Below, one piece after another: positions 25,296 through 34,384 of a stretch of DNA of 64,000 nt. Source of the DNA: Verrucomicrobiales bacterium (lineage in GTDB: Bacteria > Verrucomicrobiota > Verrucomicrobiia > Limisphaerales > SXTU01). The number at the start of each line of letters is the position of its first letter. Within the stretch, counting starts at the first letter, position 1. The notes under the pieces were generated by a model. The model made no database searches. It was not told the origin of the DNA and worked only from the letters and a program-made list of their open reading frames with translations. The position numbers and the translations under genes were made by a program. The stretch is taken from the NCBI GenBank assembly GCA_005791875.1, contig SXTU01000291.1:4138-68137 (forward strand), in the 5' to 3' direction.

Positions 25296-26237
25296 ATGAA
25301 AAATCTGCCGAGCATCCAGTCCCGCCGTGAGTTTCTCGCCTCCTCCACCGCCCTAACCTCCGGTGCGTTGGCGGGTTGTGCGACGCCCGACGGTTCCTTG
25401 AACCGGGGCTTCATTGACGCCCATGTCCACGTCTGGACACCCGACACCGCCGCCTTCCCGCTCGCGCCGGGCTACCAGCCATCCTCGATGCAGCCCCCAA
25501 GCTTCACGGCAGAGGAATTCCTCGCCCTCTCGCGCCCGCACGGCGTCACGCGCACCTTGCTCATCCAGATGAGTTTCTACCGCTTCGACAACCGCTACAT
25601 GACCGACACCATGCGCCGCTTCCCCGGCGTCTTCGCGGGCGTGGGCATCGTGGATGACAAGGCCGCGCGCCCGCAGGACGCGATGCGCGACTTGGCGAAG
25701 CAAGGCGTGCGCGGCTTCCGCATCAACCCTGGCGCGCAAACCGTGGACGCATGGCTCGGCTCGCCCGGCATGGCGGAAATGTGGAAGTGCGCCGGCGACG
25801 ACGGCCTCGCCCTCTGCCCGCTCATCGGCCCCAACGCGCTCCCCGGCATCGCCGCGATGTGCGCGAAGTTCCCGCGCACCCGCGTGGTGCTCGACCACTT
25901 CGCCCGCATCGGCGTGAGCGGCGAATTCCTCGAAGCCGACATCGCCGCCCTCTGCGCGCTGGCGAAGTTCCCGCATGTCCATGTAAAAGCATCCGCGTTC
26001 TACGCGTTCGGCCAGAAGCGCGCCCCCTACCTTGATTTCGGCCCGATGATTCGCCGCCTCCGCGACACCTTCGGCCCCCAACGCCTCATGTGGGCCACCG
26101 ACTGTCCCTACCAACTCCGCCCCGGCCACACCTACGCCGACTCCGTCGCCCTCATCCGCGACCGCCTCGACTTCCTCTCCGCCACCGACCGCGACTGGAT
26201 GCTCCGCCGCACGGCGGAGAAGGTGTTCTTCAGCTGA
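25296..26237 (+). CDS. Amidohydrolase-2 (TIM-barrel metal hydrolase) family protein with Tat-type signal
   Basis: SRREFLASSTALTSGALAGCA, then FIDAHVHVW, and DHFARIG later. Confidence 0.75.
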   Translation: MKNLPSIQSRREFLASSTALTSGALAGCATPDGSLNRGFIDAHVHVWTPDTAAFPLAPGYQPSSMQPPSFTAEEFLALSRPHGVTRTLLIQMSFYRFDNRYMTDTMRRFPGVFAGVGIVDDKAARPQDAMRDLAKQGVRGFRINPGAQTVDAWLGSPGMAEMWKCAGDDGLALCPLIGPNALPGIAAMCAKFPRTRVVLDHFARIGVSGEFLEADIAALCALAKFPHVHVKASAFYAFGQKRAPYLDFGPMIRRLRDTFGPQRLMWATDCPYQLRPGHTYADSVALIRDRLDFLSATDRDWMLRRTAEKVFFS

Positions 26238-26827
26238 TCGGCACAGGCCAAAACCACTCCCCAGAACACGCCCAGCCAGTGGCTCAAGTGGCTTGGCACA
26301 ACGTCGAAATCAAACGCCACGCTCGGCGCGCTCAAGCCCACCGAGTCGAACGCGAACTTCCCAATCGCACCCGCCAGCAGCAGCGCTCCGAACATTTGCT
26401 GCCGTCCACCCGCTCGCAGCCAACGCACCGCGAGCCAGCCCAGCAACAGCGCGTTGAAACCAGAAAGTCCGCCGTAGCGCGCCAGCGAACTATCGCAGAG
26501 CAACAGACTCACGCTCAAAACCGCCCCGCCGATAAGCAGCCCACGCCCAATCAAACGCCCACCCGCACGACGCAACGCAGCAGCCAGCAGCGCAAAAATC
26601 AGAGCATCCACGAGCAAGTGTTCCAACGAAAAGTGCGCGAGATGACTCGTCCACAACCGCCACCCCTCTCCCGCCGCCAGCGCGTCCCGATCCAGCAAGC
26701 ACCACGCATGGAATTCCGGATGAACAGTCGCCAGTAATGCGAGCAACACCAGACCACCAACGCCGTGCCGGCAGATTCCCGCCGCCGCGTTGCGCGCGAG
26801 CGGAGCGCGGCGTTCACGCCGCTTCAA
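26132..26827 (-). CDS. rrtA: Rhombosortase (rhomboid-family intramembrane serine protease)
   Basis: GEGWRLWTSHLAHFSLEHLLVDAL (WR..T..H....H motif), YGGLSGFNALL (GxSG serine) and a late SHLSHW histidine. The start is uncertain: TTG 26827 is proposed, and the track ORF extends to 26929 through a repeat. The 3' end overlaps the convergent amidohydrolase by 106 nt. Confidence 0.6.
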   Translation of the reverse strand: MKRRERRAPLARNAAAGICRHGVGGLVLLALLATVHPEFHAWCLLDRDALAAGEGWRLWTSHLAHFSLEHLLVDALIFALLAAALRRAGGRLIGRGLLIGGAVLSVSLLLCDSSLARYGGLSGFNALLLGWLAVRWLRAGGRQQMFGALLLAGAIGKFAFDSVGLSAPSVAFDFDVVPSHLSHWLGVFWGVVLACADQLKNTFSAVRRSIQSRSVAERKSRRSRMRATESA

Positions 26828-26873
26828 CGTGCGAACTACAAGTCGGCTGCGTATTCGCTGCACCACCGTATCT

Positions 26874-26908
26874 CGGACGCGGAAGCGGGCTGAAGCCCGC
26901 GCTCCGTC
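26874..26908. repeat. Mini-hairpin repeat (gcgggc-tgaa-gcccgc core)
   Basis: cggacgcggaagcgggctgaagcccgcgctccgtc, a nested stem. It lies between the rhombotarget stop and the rhombosortase start. Confidence 0.8.
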
Positions 26909-26971
26909 ATTGCATGGCGTAAGCCTCATTAGTGCATGTCAGTGCAAGTTAGTGGTTCACAGTCGCCGCCA

Positions 26972-27889
26972 TTACTTGCGCGGCCGTTGCAGCAGCATTC
27001 CGAGCAAAACCACGCTGCCCAACATCCCCGCGTGCTCCCAGCCGAACGCACCGCCACCCGTGTAGCCCTTCGATCGCACGATGCGGACGGTCTCGGGCTT
27101 CTCCTTGATGCGCTGCTGAAACGTGACCAGCTCCAACTGCAAGTTCGCCACCATGTTCGTCGCCGCCTGCGAGAAGCCCTGGTCGCTCTTCACGCGCAGG
27201 CGGTCACCCGTGCGGATGGGCGTCGCGAGGCCCTCGGACTTGCTCGTGCCCGGCGCGCGGAAGAGCATCTGCCGGCTGGCGACGTCGAACACCGCGGCGT
27301 CCACCATCGTGTGCGTGCGGTTCGCCTCGGCGGGAATCACGTAGGCCCCCACGATGGTCCAGTAGAGCACCGACAGCTCCGTGCTGTCCGAAGTCTGCAA
27401 CTGGTCGAAGGACAGCAGCACAACCACGTCCACGCCCAGCAACGCCTTGAGTTGCTCCAGGTTTTCAAACCCGCCGCCCGGCGTCAGATAGGCGGTGGGG
27501 ATAGTCTGGATGGAGCTGATGAACGGGTATTTCTTGAAGTGCGGGATGACCGCCTCGGCCAGCTCCTTACGCCGCGCCTCGGTCAGCACCGGATCCTGCC
27601 GGCGATGCTGGTCCCGGCTGCCGGTGGACTCCGGCACCCACGCGATGCCGACCTTCAACGGCAGCGTGAGCGTGGGCACCGAGGGCTTGGTGGGCTGGGT
27701 GTGATTGCCGCGCGGGTAGAGATAATCCACGAGGCTGGAGTTGTGCCGCTTCCGTGTGTTGCTGTGGTCCAGCGCGTGGCAGCCGACGGCAAGAAGCGCG
27801 GCGACTGCCAGCAACGCCATGAGCGGCAGGTGGAAGCGGGAGGACGATGGAGTTTGAGCCGAACGACTTGTTTTCATGCGCGCGAGCAT
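26972..27889 (-). CDS. Rhombotarget lipoprotein (lipobox N-terminus + GlyGly-CTERM sorting tail)
   Basis: The N-terminus is MALLAVAALLAVGC (lipobox AVGC). The C-terminus is GYTGGGAFGWEHAGMLGSVVLLGMLLQRPRK (GGG, hydrophobic helix, basic tail). It is adjacent to and co-directional with the rhombosortase. Confidence 0.75.
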   Translation of the reverse strand: MLARMKTSRSAQTPSSSRFHLPLMALLAVAALLAVGCHALDHSNTRKRHNSSLVDYLYPRGNHTQPTKPSVPTLTLPLKVGIAWVPESTGSRDQHRRQDPVLTEARRKELAEAVIPHFKKYPFISSIQTIPTAYLTPGGGFENLEQLKALLGVDVVVLLSFDQLQTSDSTELSVLYWTIVGAYVIPAEANRTHTMVDAAVFDVASRQMLFRAPGTSKSEGLATPIRTGDRLRVKSDQGFSQAATNMVANLQLELVTFQQRIKEKPETVRIVRSKGYTGGGAFGWEHAGMLGSVVLLGMLLQRPRK

Positions 27890-28004
27890 GAACGTCCGCG
27901 CGTGAGGTGCGTGAATCGAAGTTTCTGCGGCGACAGTCGAGCGAAACGATTGGCAGCTGATAGCCGCCGAAGTGAGAAGGCGGATTCCTTGAGTGACTCG
28001 GCGG

Positions 28005-29432
28005 CTACGCGAGCACTTCCTTCACCACGTGCCCATGCACGTCGGTGAGGCGGTAGTCGCGGCCGTCGAAGCGGTAGGTGAGCTTCTCGTGGTCGAGGCC
28101 GAGCTGGTGGAGAATCGTCGCGTGCAGGTCGTGCATGTGGACTTTGTTCTCGACCGCGAGGTGGCCCCACTCGTCGGTCGCGCCGAAGCTGGTGCCGGGC
28201 TTGAAGCCGCCACCCGCGAGCCAGACGGTGAAGCCGCCGGCGTTGTGGTCGCGGCCCGTGCCGTTCTTCTCCGCGTAAGGCGTGCGGCCAAACTCGCCGC
28301 CCCACCAGACGATGGTGTCTTCCAGCAAGCCGCGCGCCTTCAGGTCTTCTAACAGACCGGCGATGGGCTTGTCCACGGCGAGCGCGTGGTCCTTGTGCTT
28401 GGGCATGTTCGAGTGCTGGTCCCAAGCGGGGTTCGCGGTGTTGTCGCCGTAGGTGACCTGGATGTAACGCACGCCGGACTCGACGAGGCGGCGGGCCATG
28501 AGGCATTGGCGGCCGAAGTTGTCGGTCTTGGCGTCGCCGATGCCGTAGAGCGCCTTGGTGGCGGCGGTTTCCTTGCTGAGGTCGAGGGTGTCGGGCGCGT
28601 TGTTCTGCATGCGCCAGGCGAGTTCGTAGCTGGCGATGACGGCTTCCAGCTCAGCGTCGCCGGGGGATTTCTTGATCTGCTCGGCGTTCAGCTCTTGGAG
28701 GAAGTCGAAGTTTCGGCGCTGCTCGGCGGGGGAGAGTTTCGGGTTGGTCAGGTTGCGGATGGTAGCGTCGATGATGGGCGTGCCGGCCTTGCCGATGCCG
28801 GTGCCTTGGAAGACGGGCGGGAGGAAGGCGTTGCCGAAGTTGCGCGGGCCGCCGTTGCCGGCGCTGGGGCTGAGGGTGACGAAGGCGGGCAAATTATCGT
28901 TGGCTGCGCCGAGGCCGTAGCTGACCCACGAGCCCATGCTGGGGCGAATGAATTGCGTCGCGCCGCAGTGCAGGAAGAGGGTGGCGGGGCCGTGCGCGAT
29001 GCCTTCGGTGTGCATCGAGTGGATGAACGTGAGATCGTCCATGTGGCGGCACATCTCGGGGAAGAGCTGGCTGCCCCAGCGGCCGGTCTGGCCGTGCTGC
29101 GCGAAGTTCCAGAGGGGCTTCATCACGCGTTGGGTGGATTCCTCGCGCTTGCCGGAGTTGGCGATTTTGCGCGCGTCGTTGAACGGCATGAGCTGGGTGT
29201 CGCGCTCGGTGAGGATGGGCTTGTAGTCGAAGGAGTCCACGTGGCTCACGCCGCCCTGCATGAAGAGGAAGATGACGCTCTTGGCGCGCGGCTCGTGGTG
29301 CGGCGTGCGCGGTGCGAGGGGGTTCGCGGCGGCCTGCGCGCGCTGGGCGGTCATGCCGGCAAAGGCGAGCGAGCCGAAGCCACAGGCGAGGGATTGCAGC
29401 GCGTGGCGGCGGGTGAAGAGCGGGGCGTTCAT
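28005..29432 (-). CDS. DUF1501 (sulfatase-like) family protein
   Basis: ATG 29432 with a Tat-like start MNAPLFTRRHALQSLACGFGSLAFAG. Motifs are FMQGGVSHVDSFDYKP, WDQHSN and WWGGEFGRTP. Confidence 0.85.
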   Translation of the reverse strand: MNAPLFTRRHALQSLACGFGSLAFAGMTAQRAQAAANPLAPRTPHHEPRAKSVIFLFMQGGVSHVDSFDYKPILTERDTQLMPFNDARKIANSGKREESTQRVMKPLWNFAQHGQTGRWGSQLFPEMCRHMDDLTFIHSMHTEGIAHGPATLFLHCGATQFIRPSMGSWVSYGLGAANDNLPAFVTLSPSAGNGGPRNFGNAFLPPVFQGTGIGKAGTPIIDATIRNLTNPKLSPAEQRRNFDFLQELNAEQIKKSPGDAELEAVIASYELAWRMQNNAPDTLDLSKETAATKALYGIGDAKTDNFGRQCLMARRLVESGVRYIQVTYGDNTANPAWDQHSNMPKHKDHALAVDKPIAGLLEDLKARGLLEDTIVWWGGEFGRTPYAEKNGTGRDHNAGGFTVWLAGGGFKPGTSFGATDEWGHLAVENKVHMHDLHATILHQLGLDHEKLTYRFDGRDYRLTDVHGHVVKEVLA

Positions 29433-29470
29433 GTCAATGTGGCTTCGACGAAGCTTACCAGCGGGACGGT

Positions 29471-32377
29471 TCAGTTCAAGTAACGGAAATCCACCGAGGC
29501 AAAGAGCGCCTGGTAGAAGCGGCCCCATGCCTCGGCGCGTTTTGCAGACTCGCTCGCGGCAGATTCGACCGGGAGAAATTTAAGAGCGAGTGTGACTTCA
29601 CCGTCCGTTGGCGGGCGGCCCAAGACGAGGCGGTAGGCGTGGGCGACGCGCTCGCGGTCATCAGCCAGCTTTCCGGCCAGCAGCTTCTGCGCGGCGGACT
29701 GCGACTGCTCCATGACCCACGGGTGGTTCATCATGAACAGCGCCTGCGGGGCGACCGTGCTGTCGCTGCGCTTGCCCACGACGAGGCTGGGGTCCGCGAA
29801 GTCGAACGCCTCGAACAGCTCGGGCAGCGAGTTGCGCAGCACGGGCGAGTAAACGCTGCGGCGCGTGTCGGTGTGCTTGTAGTTGTAGTCGGCGCTGGTG
29901 CCGGCCTTGAGGAGCGGGCCACCCTGCGCGAGGTCGAGCTGGCCGCTGATTTGCAGGACGGTGTCGCGGATGGACTCGGCGTCGAGCTTCCGGCGGTTCG
30001 CGTGCCAGAGAAGTTTGTTCTCGGGGTCAGCCGCCAGACCAGCGGCGAGCTGGGGGCCGGCCAAGCCGACGGAAGCCTGCTGATAGGCCCGGCTCAAAAC
30101 CATTTCACGCACGAGTTTCTTCACGGACCATCCCTCGTCCATGAAGCGCACGGCAAGGTGGTCGAGCAACTCGGGATGCGTCGGCGCGTCGCCCGTGGTG
30201 CCGAAGTTGTCCGGGCTGCGCACGAGGCCGGTGCCGAAGAGCCACGTCCACGCGCGGTTCACGAAGACGCGGGCGGTGAGCGGGTTGTCGCGGCTGGCGA
30301 GCCAGTCGCCGAGTTCACGGCGGCCGCTTTCCTTCTCGGGAATCTTCGGCGCGGGGCCGTGGTTGGCGACTTGCAGGAAGCCGCGCGGGACTTTCGCGCC
30401 GAGGTTTTGCACGCTGCCGCGCACGTGGATTTGCGTGTCGGCCGGGTTCTCCTCCTTCACGGACATGAACATCGGGCGCTTGGAGCCGGCGGCTTCGAGT
30501 TTCTTCAACTCAGCTTCCAGCTTCCGCACCAACTCGGAGGCGTCGGGCTTGGCGGCGGCTTTCTTGCCGGCGTCGGTCGTGGCGGTGGTCGCGGTCGCAG
30601 CCTCGGCGAGCATTTCCACGGGCAGGAATTGCACGGCGTCCGCCGTCACGTGGCCCTTCGTGCCTTCGGTGCCGACGATGACAAAGCCCGCGCCGTTCTG
30701 CTCGAAGCGGAATTGCCCGAGCGAAACGAAGCGGCCTTCGATGGGCGGCTCGACGCTCTGGTCCACGCGAATCGTTTTCTCGCCGTCCGCGTTGAAGACC
30801 GTGACGGGCGTGTTTTGAGAGCGACCGCGACCGGGGCTGTAGGCGAGACGGACATCGTATTTGCCAGCCTTCAAACTCTCGGGTTGGAAGGTGATGGTCT
30901 TGGAGCCTTTGCCCTCGTTCAGGTCGTGCAAGTAGCCCTCGCCGATGAAGGTCTTCGTCGAGCGCGAGCCGGTCCACATGCCGACCTTCTTCGCCTGCTC
31001 ATCGTCAACCAACACACCGGCGAGCACCTTCGCATCAAGCGCGCCGCTGGGGAGCGTGGCCTGCTTCGCGACGGCGACGTTGGCCGATTCCTTGGCCGCT
31101 TTGATTTTGGCCTGCAATTGCGCGATGGCCTTGTCGTTCGCGGTGAACTCCTTGTCCTCGCCGGGCGGCATGGGCAGCGGGAACTCCAGCCACTTGCTCA
31201 CGTTCGAGTGTTCGAGAGTCTTGCTGCTCTTGAGGATGCCCGCGAGCGCGTAGTAATCGCGCGTGGGGATGGGGTCAAACTTGTGGTCGTGGCAACGGGC
31301 GCAGCCGATGGTCTGGCCGAGGAAGGCCTTGCCGATGGTGTCGAGCTGCTCGTCCACCACATCCATGTCGAGCTGCTTCTTCTCCTGCTCCTCGAAGTTC
31401 GTGTTCCCGAGCGTGAGGAAGGTCGTGGCCACGAGCTGCTGTTGGCGCTGCGGGACGTTCTGGTGTGGATGCAAATCGCCGGCGACCTGCTCGCGGAGGA
31501 AACGGTCGTAGGGCTTGTCCGCGTTGAAGCTGGCGATGACGTAATCGCGGTAGCGCCAGGCCTCCTTCATCACGAAGCCGCGCAGCGTGACGGATTCCGC
31601 GTAACGCACCACGTCCAGCCAGTGGCGGCCCCAGCGTTCGCCGAAGTGCGGGGAGACGAGGAGGGAGTCCACGAGCTTGGTGATTGCCGACTGCCGATTG
31701 CCGATTGCCGATTGGTGGTCGCGAACGAACGCGTCTATCTGCTCCGGCGTCGGCGGCAGACCGATGAGGTCGAAGTAGAGGCGGCGCACGAGCGTGACCG
31801 GGTCGGCGTCGGGCGCGGGGCGGAGGTTCTTCTCCTCCAACTTCGCGAGGAGGAACCGGTCGGCATCCGAGCGCGGCCAAGCGGCGTCCTTCGCGGGGGG
31901 CAGCGCGGGCTTCTTCGGGAGCTGGTAAGCCCAGTGTTTGCGGCCCTCAGCGATGCTTATTTCCTTCTTCGCCGCCACCGCGCCGCCCGTGCGCGGGTCC
32001 GGCGCGCCCATCTTCACCCACGCCTCGAAGTCGGCGATTTGGGAGTCCGAGAGCTTCCGCTTCGGCGGCATCTGGAACTGCTTGTCCTTGTAACGCACCG
32101 CCTTGATGAGCAGCGAAGCCTCGACATCGCCGGGCACGAGCGTCATGCCGGAATCGCCGCCCTTCTGCCAACCCTCGCGCGAGTCGAGCGCCAGCCCGCC
32201 CTTGGTCTTTTTTTCCACGCTATGACACTCGTAGCAATGCTCGGCCAGCAGCGGACGAATCTTCTTCTCGAAGAACGCGACGCCGTCGGGCTGACTCTGC
32301 GCCGTCGCGGACAGCGACAAACCGCCGGCGGCGCACGCCAGCACCAGCTTCGACACGATGGATTTCACGGTGGTCAT
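29471..32377 (-). CDS. PSCyt1 / DUF1549 / DUF1553 multidomain protein (planctomycete-type cytochrome c domain)
   Basis: ATG 32377 (signal MTTVKSIVSKLVLACAAGG). FFEKKIRPLLAEHCYECHS carries CxxCH. SPHFGERWGRHWLDVVRYAES is the DUF1549 signature. It has a long DUF1553-like C-terminus and is paired with the downstream DUF1501 gene. Confidence 0.85.
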   Translation of the reverse strand: MTTVKSIVSKLVLACAAGGLSLSATAQSQPDGVAFFEKKIRPLLAEHCYECHSVEKKTKGGLALDSREGWQKGGDSGMTLVPGDVEASLLIKAVRYKDKQFQMPPKRKLSDSQIADFEAWVKMGAPDPRTGGAVAAKKEISIAEGRKHWAYQLPKKPALPPAKDAAWPRSDADRFLLAKLEEKNLRPAPDADPVTLVRRLYFDLIGLPPTPEQIDAFVRDHQSAIGNRQSAITKLVDSLLVSPHFGERWGRHWLDVVRYAESVTLRGFVMKEAWRYRDYVIASFNADKPYDRFLREQVAGDLHPHQNVPQRQQQLVATTFLTLGNTNFEEQEKKQLDMDVVDEQLDTIGKAFLGQTIGCARCHDHKFDPIPTRDYYALAGILKSSKTLEHSNVSKWLEFPLPMPPGEDKEFTANDKAIAQLQAKIKAAKESANVAVAKQATLPSGALDAKVLAGVLVDDEQAKKVGMWTGSRSTKTFIGEGYLHDLNEGKGSKTITFQPESLKAGKYDVRLAYSPGRGRSQNTPVTVFNADGEKTIRVDQSVEPPIEGRFVSLGQFRFEQNGAGFVIVGTEGTKGHVTADAVQFLPVEMLAEAATATTATTDAGKKAAAKPDASELVRKLEAELKKLEAAGSKRPMFMSVKEENPADTQIHVRGSVQNLGAKVPRGFLQVANHGPAPKIPEKESGRRELGDWLASRDNPLTARVFVNRAWTWLFGTGLVRSPDNFGTTGDAPTHPELLDHLAVRFMDEGWSVKKLVREMVLSRAYQQASVGLAGPQLAAGLAADPENKLLWHANRRKLDAESIRDTVLQISGQLDLAQGGPLLKAGTSADYNYKHTDTRRSVYSPVLRNSLPELFEAFDFADPSLVVGKRSDSTVAPQALFMMNHPWVMEQSQSAAQKLLAGKLADDRERVAHAYRLVLGRPPTDGEVTLALKFLPVESAASESAKRAEAWGRFYQALFASVDFRYLN
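31682..31716. repeat. Tandem heptads GATTGCC x5 inside the PSCyt/DUF1553 CDS
   Basis: gattgcc gactgcc gattgcc gattgcc gattggt. It translates as HQSAIGNRQSAIT in the linker just before KLVDSLLVSPHFGERW. Confidence 0.9.
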
Positions 32378-32486
32378 TTTTTGGCCATGTCTTCGACGCG
32401 CCCGGTTGAAACGATGTTTCAAGTATTTCCCCGAACCAGGTGCCACGCAAGCGCGCTGCCGACCTCACGCCCCCTCAGCGCGTGGC

Positions 32487-33455
32487 TCACCAGGGCGTGA
32501 AGCGCAGGCCGAAGAGGGCTAGCACGCTCAGGGCGAGCAGGGCGAGGGCGGGGGCGAAGAAGGGGTCGAAGTGGTCGGCGACGCGGGGTTGCTTCTCCAG
32601 CACGACGCCTTTCTTCATCGCATCAATGCTCCGGAAAACGGTGTGCAGCGCCTCGGGCGTCGCGGCGTTGAAGACATCGCCGCCGGTCGCGCGCGCAATG
32701 CCGACCAGCGCGGGTTCAATCTGCTCTTCCGAGAGCATGATGGCGAAGACGGTGATGTTCTGCGCGCGCAACGCGGAGATGACGGCTAGGTCTTTCGGGG
32801 ACTTGATGTCGCTGCTTTCGCCGTCGGTGAGCAGGATGACCATGCGGTCGCCGCTGGGCCGCGCGGCGAGCAGGTCGGCGACGCCGTAGAGCGCCTTGCC
32901 GATGTAGGTGATGCCCCAGAGTGCGACGGGCAGGCCCTTGCGGACCATCGTGGGTGGGTCGAGGCGCGGGTTGTCCGGCTGGATGAAGGGCCGTGCGAGC
33001 ATGATGGATTGCGTGTCGAGCGTGAGCGGCACCCAGTGGATGAAGTGGCGCGAGAAGATGGTCAGGCCGTAGGCGTCGCCTTTGCGGGCGTTGATGAACT
33101 TCTCGATGGCGTCCATCGCCGAGTCGAAGCGGCGGTGGCGACCGTTGGCTTGCGAGCCGTGGTTCTCGGCCATGCTGCCGGAGGTATCGAGGAGGATTTG
33201 GATGTTGGTGAGCTTCCGCTCCACTTCCGGCGGCGTGAAGGTGATGGGGTGCGCGAGGAAGAGAATCGCCAGCGCGAGCAAGCCGGCGGGCAGGCAGTTG
33301 GCGCACAGCACGAGGAAGTGCAACACCCGCCCGCGTCGCTGCTGGCCGTGGTCGAAGGGCAGCGCGATAGGTTGGCCGCGCCGGACCCATTCCCAGAAGG
33401 CGAGGCACACCGGGAGCGCGAGGAGCGCGAGCCATTGGGGGTGGAGGAAGGTCAT
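32487..33455 (-). CDS. VWA domain membrane protein (BatA-like)
   Basis: Two N-terminal TM spans, then the MIDAS motif ILLDTSGSM and LLTDGES. Confidence 0.8.
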   Translation of the reverse strand: MTFLHPQWLALLALPVCLAFWEWVRRGQPIALPFDHGQQRRGRVLHFLVLCANCLPAGLLALAILFLAHPITFTPPEVERKLTNIQILLDTSGSMAENHGSQANGRHRRFDSAMDAIEKFINARKGDAYGLTIFSRHFIHWVPLTLDTQSIMLARPFIQPDNPRLDPPTMVRKGLPVALWGITYIGKALYGVADLLAARPSGDRMVILLTDGESSDIKSPKDLAVISALRAQNITVFAIMLSEEQIEPALVGIARATGGDVFNAATPEALHTVFRSIDAMKKGVVLEKQPRVADHFDPFFAPALALLALSVLALFGLRFTPW

Positions 33456-33467
33456 TGGGGAAGTAAT

Positions 33468-33547
33468 CAGTGTTCAGTGTTCAGCGTTCGGGGGGCGGTG
33501 GTCAGCAGGTCGCGCTCGGGCAACTGAATGCTGAATACTGAATACTC
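33468..33547. repeat. Heptad-word palindrome, AGTGTTC / GAATACT words (copy C1)
   Basis: cagtgttcagtgttcagcgttc, then spacer gggggg...gggcaact, then gaatgctgaatactgaatactc. The arm mismatches are G:T on the + strand. It lies between an upstream stop (33550) and the VWA start (33455). Confidence 0.9.
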
Positions 33548-33549
33548 TT

Positions 33550-34380
33550 TCACAGCCGCACCTCCGCGCTGTCCGTGTAGGGCCTGATAACAGCCGCAAT
33601 CTCCTCCCGCCGCACCGCCGAGGCGGGGTGATGCAGCCAGTGTTGCAACTGGCGCAATGGTTGGCTGGTCTTCGCGTCGCGGGCGATGGTGTCGAGCGCG
33701 CGGTGCATGGGGGCGTCGGCCACGGCGAGGTCTTCGCGCCAGCGGCGGAGGAGGAGCATTTCGAGCTGGGCCTTCGCGGCGGCGTCGAGCGTGCCGGCGT
33801 CGAGGCGGGCGAGGAGCGCGCGCAACTGTTCCGCCAGCGTCGGCTCAGGTGGCGTGACGGCGGGCGGGGCGGGCTTGGCGCGACCGTAGAAGATGAGCAG
33901 CAGCAGCCACACAACCCACAGCACGCCCAGCGCGGCGAGCGTGAGGTAGTAGTAGCCGCCCACGCTCACGCCAGCGGCTTCGGTCTCCTGGATGCGCGCG
34001 TCGAGGTGCTTCGAGAGCTTCGGGTCGCCGTGGAACTTGAACGACGGCAGGCCATCGAGGCGTCCGCCGTCCTCCGCCGTGAGGTAGTCCTTCAGGTCGA
34101 ACGTGCCGGCGCGGTTCACGAGGTAGCGCACGTCGTAGATGCGCGTGCCGGGCTGCTCGGTGACGCGCGCGATGCGCACGTTCACCGCCACGCCCCACTT
34201 GTAAGGCATCACCGCGATGGGCGGCCCGCTGTAGGTCACAATGGCCGCCTGTTCCACGCCCAGCGGGACGTTGAGCGAGTCCCGCCCGTCGCGCGGCCAG
34301 AAACAAACGGCGAGCAACACGACCGTGCAGAGCGCGAGGAGCGCGGGGCGGGTGAGGCGTTGAGAGAATGCTGGGTTCAT
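33550..34380 (-). CDS. Hypothetical membrane protein of the MoxR/VWA block
   Basis: 276 aa with an N-terminal TM span, a second TM span (YYYLTLAALGVLWVVWLLLLIFY) and a C-terminal helical tail. Confidence 0.6.
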   Translation of the reverse strand: MNPAFSQRLTRPALLALCTVVLLAVCFWPRDGRDSLNVPLGVEQAAIVTYSGPPIAVMPYKWGVAVNVRIARVTEQPGTRIYDVRYLVNRAGTFDLKDYLTAEDGGRLDGLPSFKFHGDPKLSKHLDARIQETEAAGVSVGGYYYLTLAALGVLWVVWLLLLIFYGRAKPAPPAVTPPEPTLAEQLRALLARLDAGTLDAAAKAQLEMLLLRRWREDLAVADAPMHRALDTIARDAKTSQPLRQLQHWLHHPASAVRREEIAAVIRPYTDSAEVRL

Positions 34381-34384
34381 CGCG

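Noticed and set aside
29639-32500. 953-aa + strand ORF
   Set aside because: It mirrors the well-supported PSCyt/DUF1549/DUF1553 gene on the minus strand. Its composition is dominated by R, A, G, E and L, with no family features.
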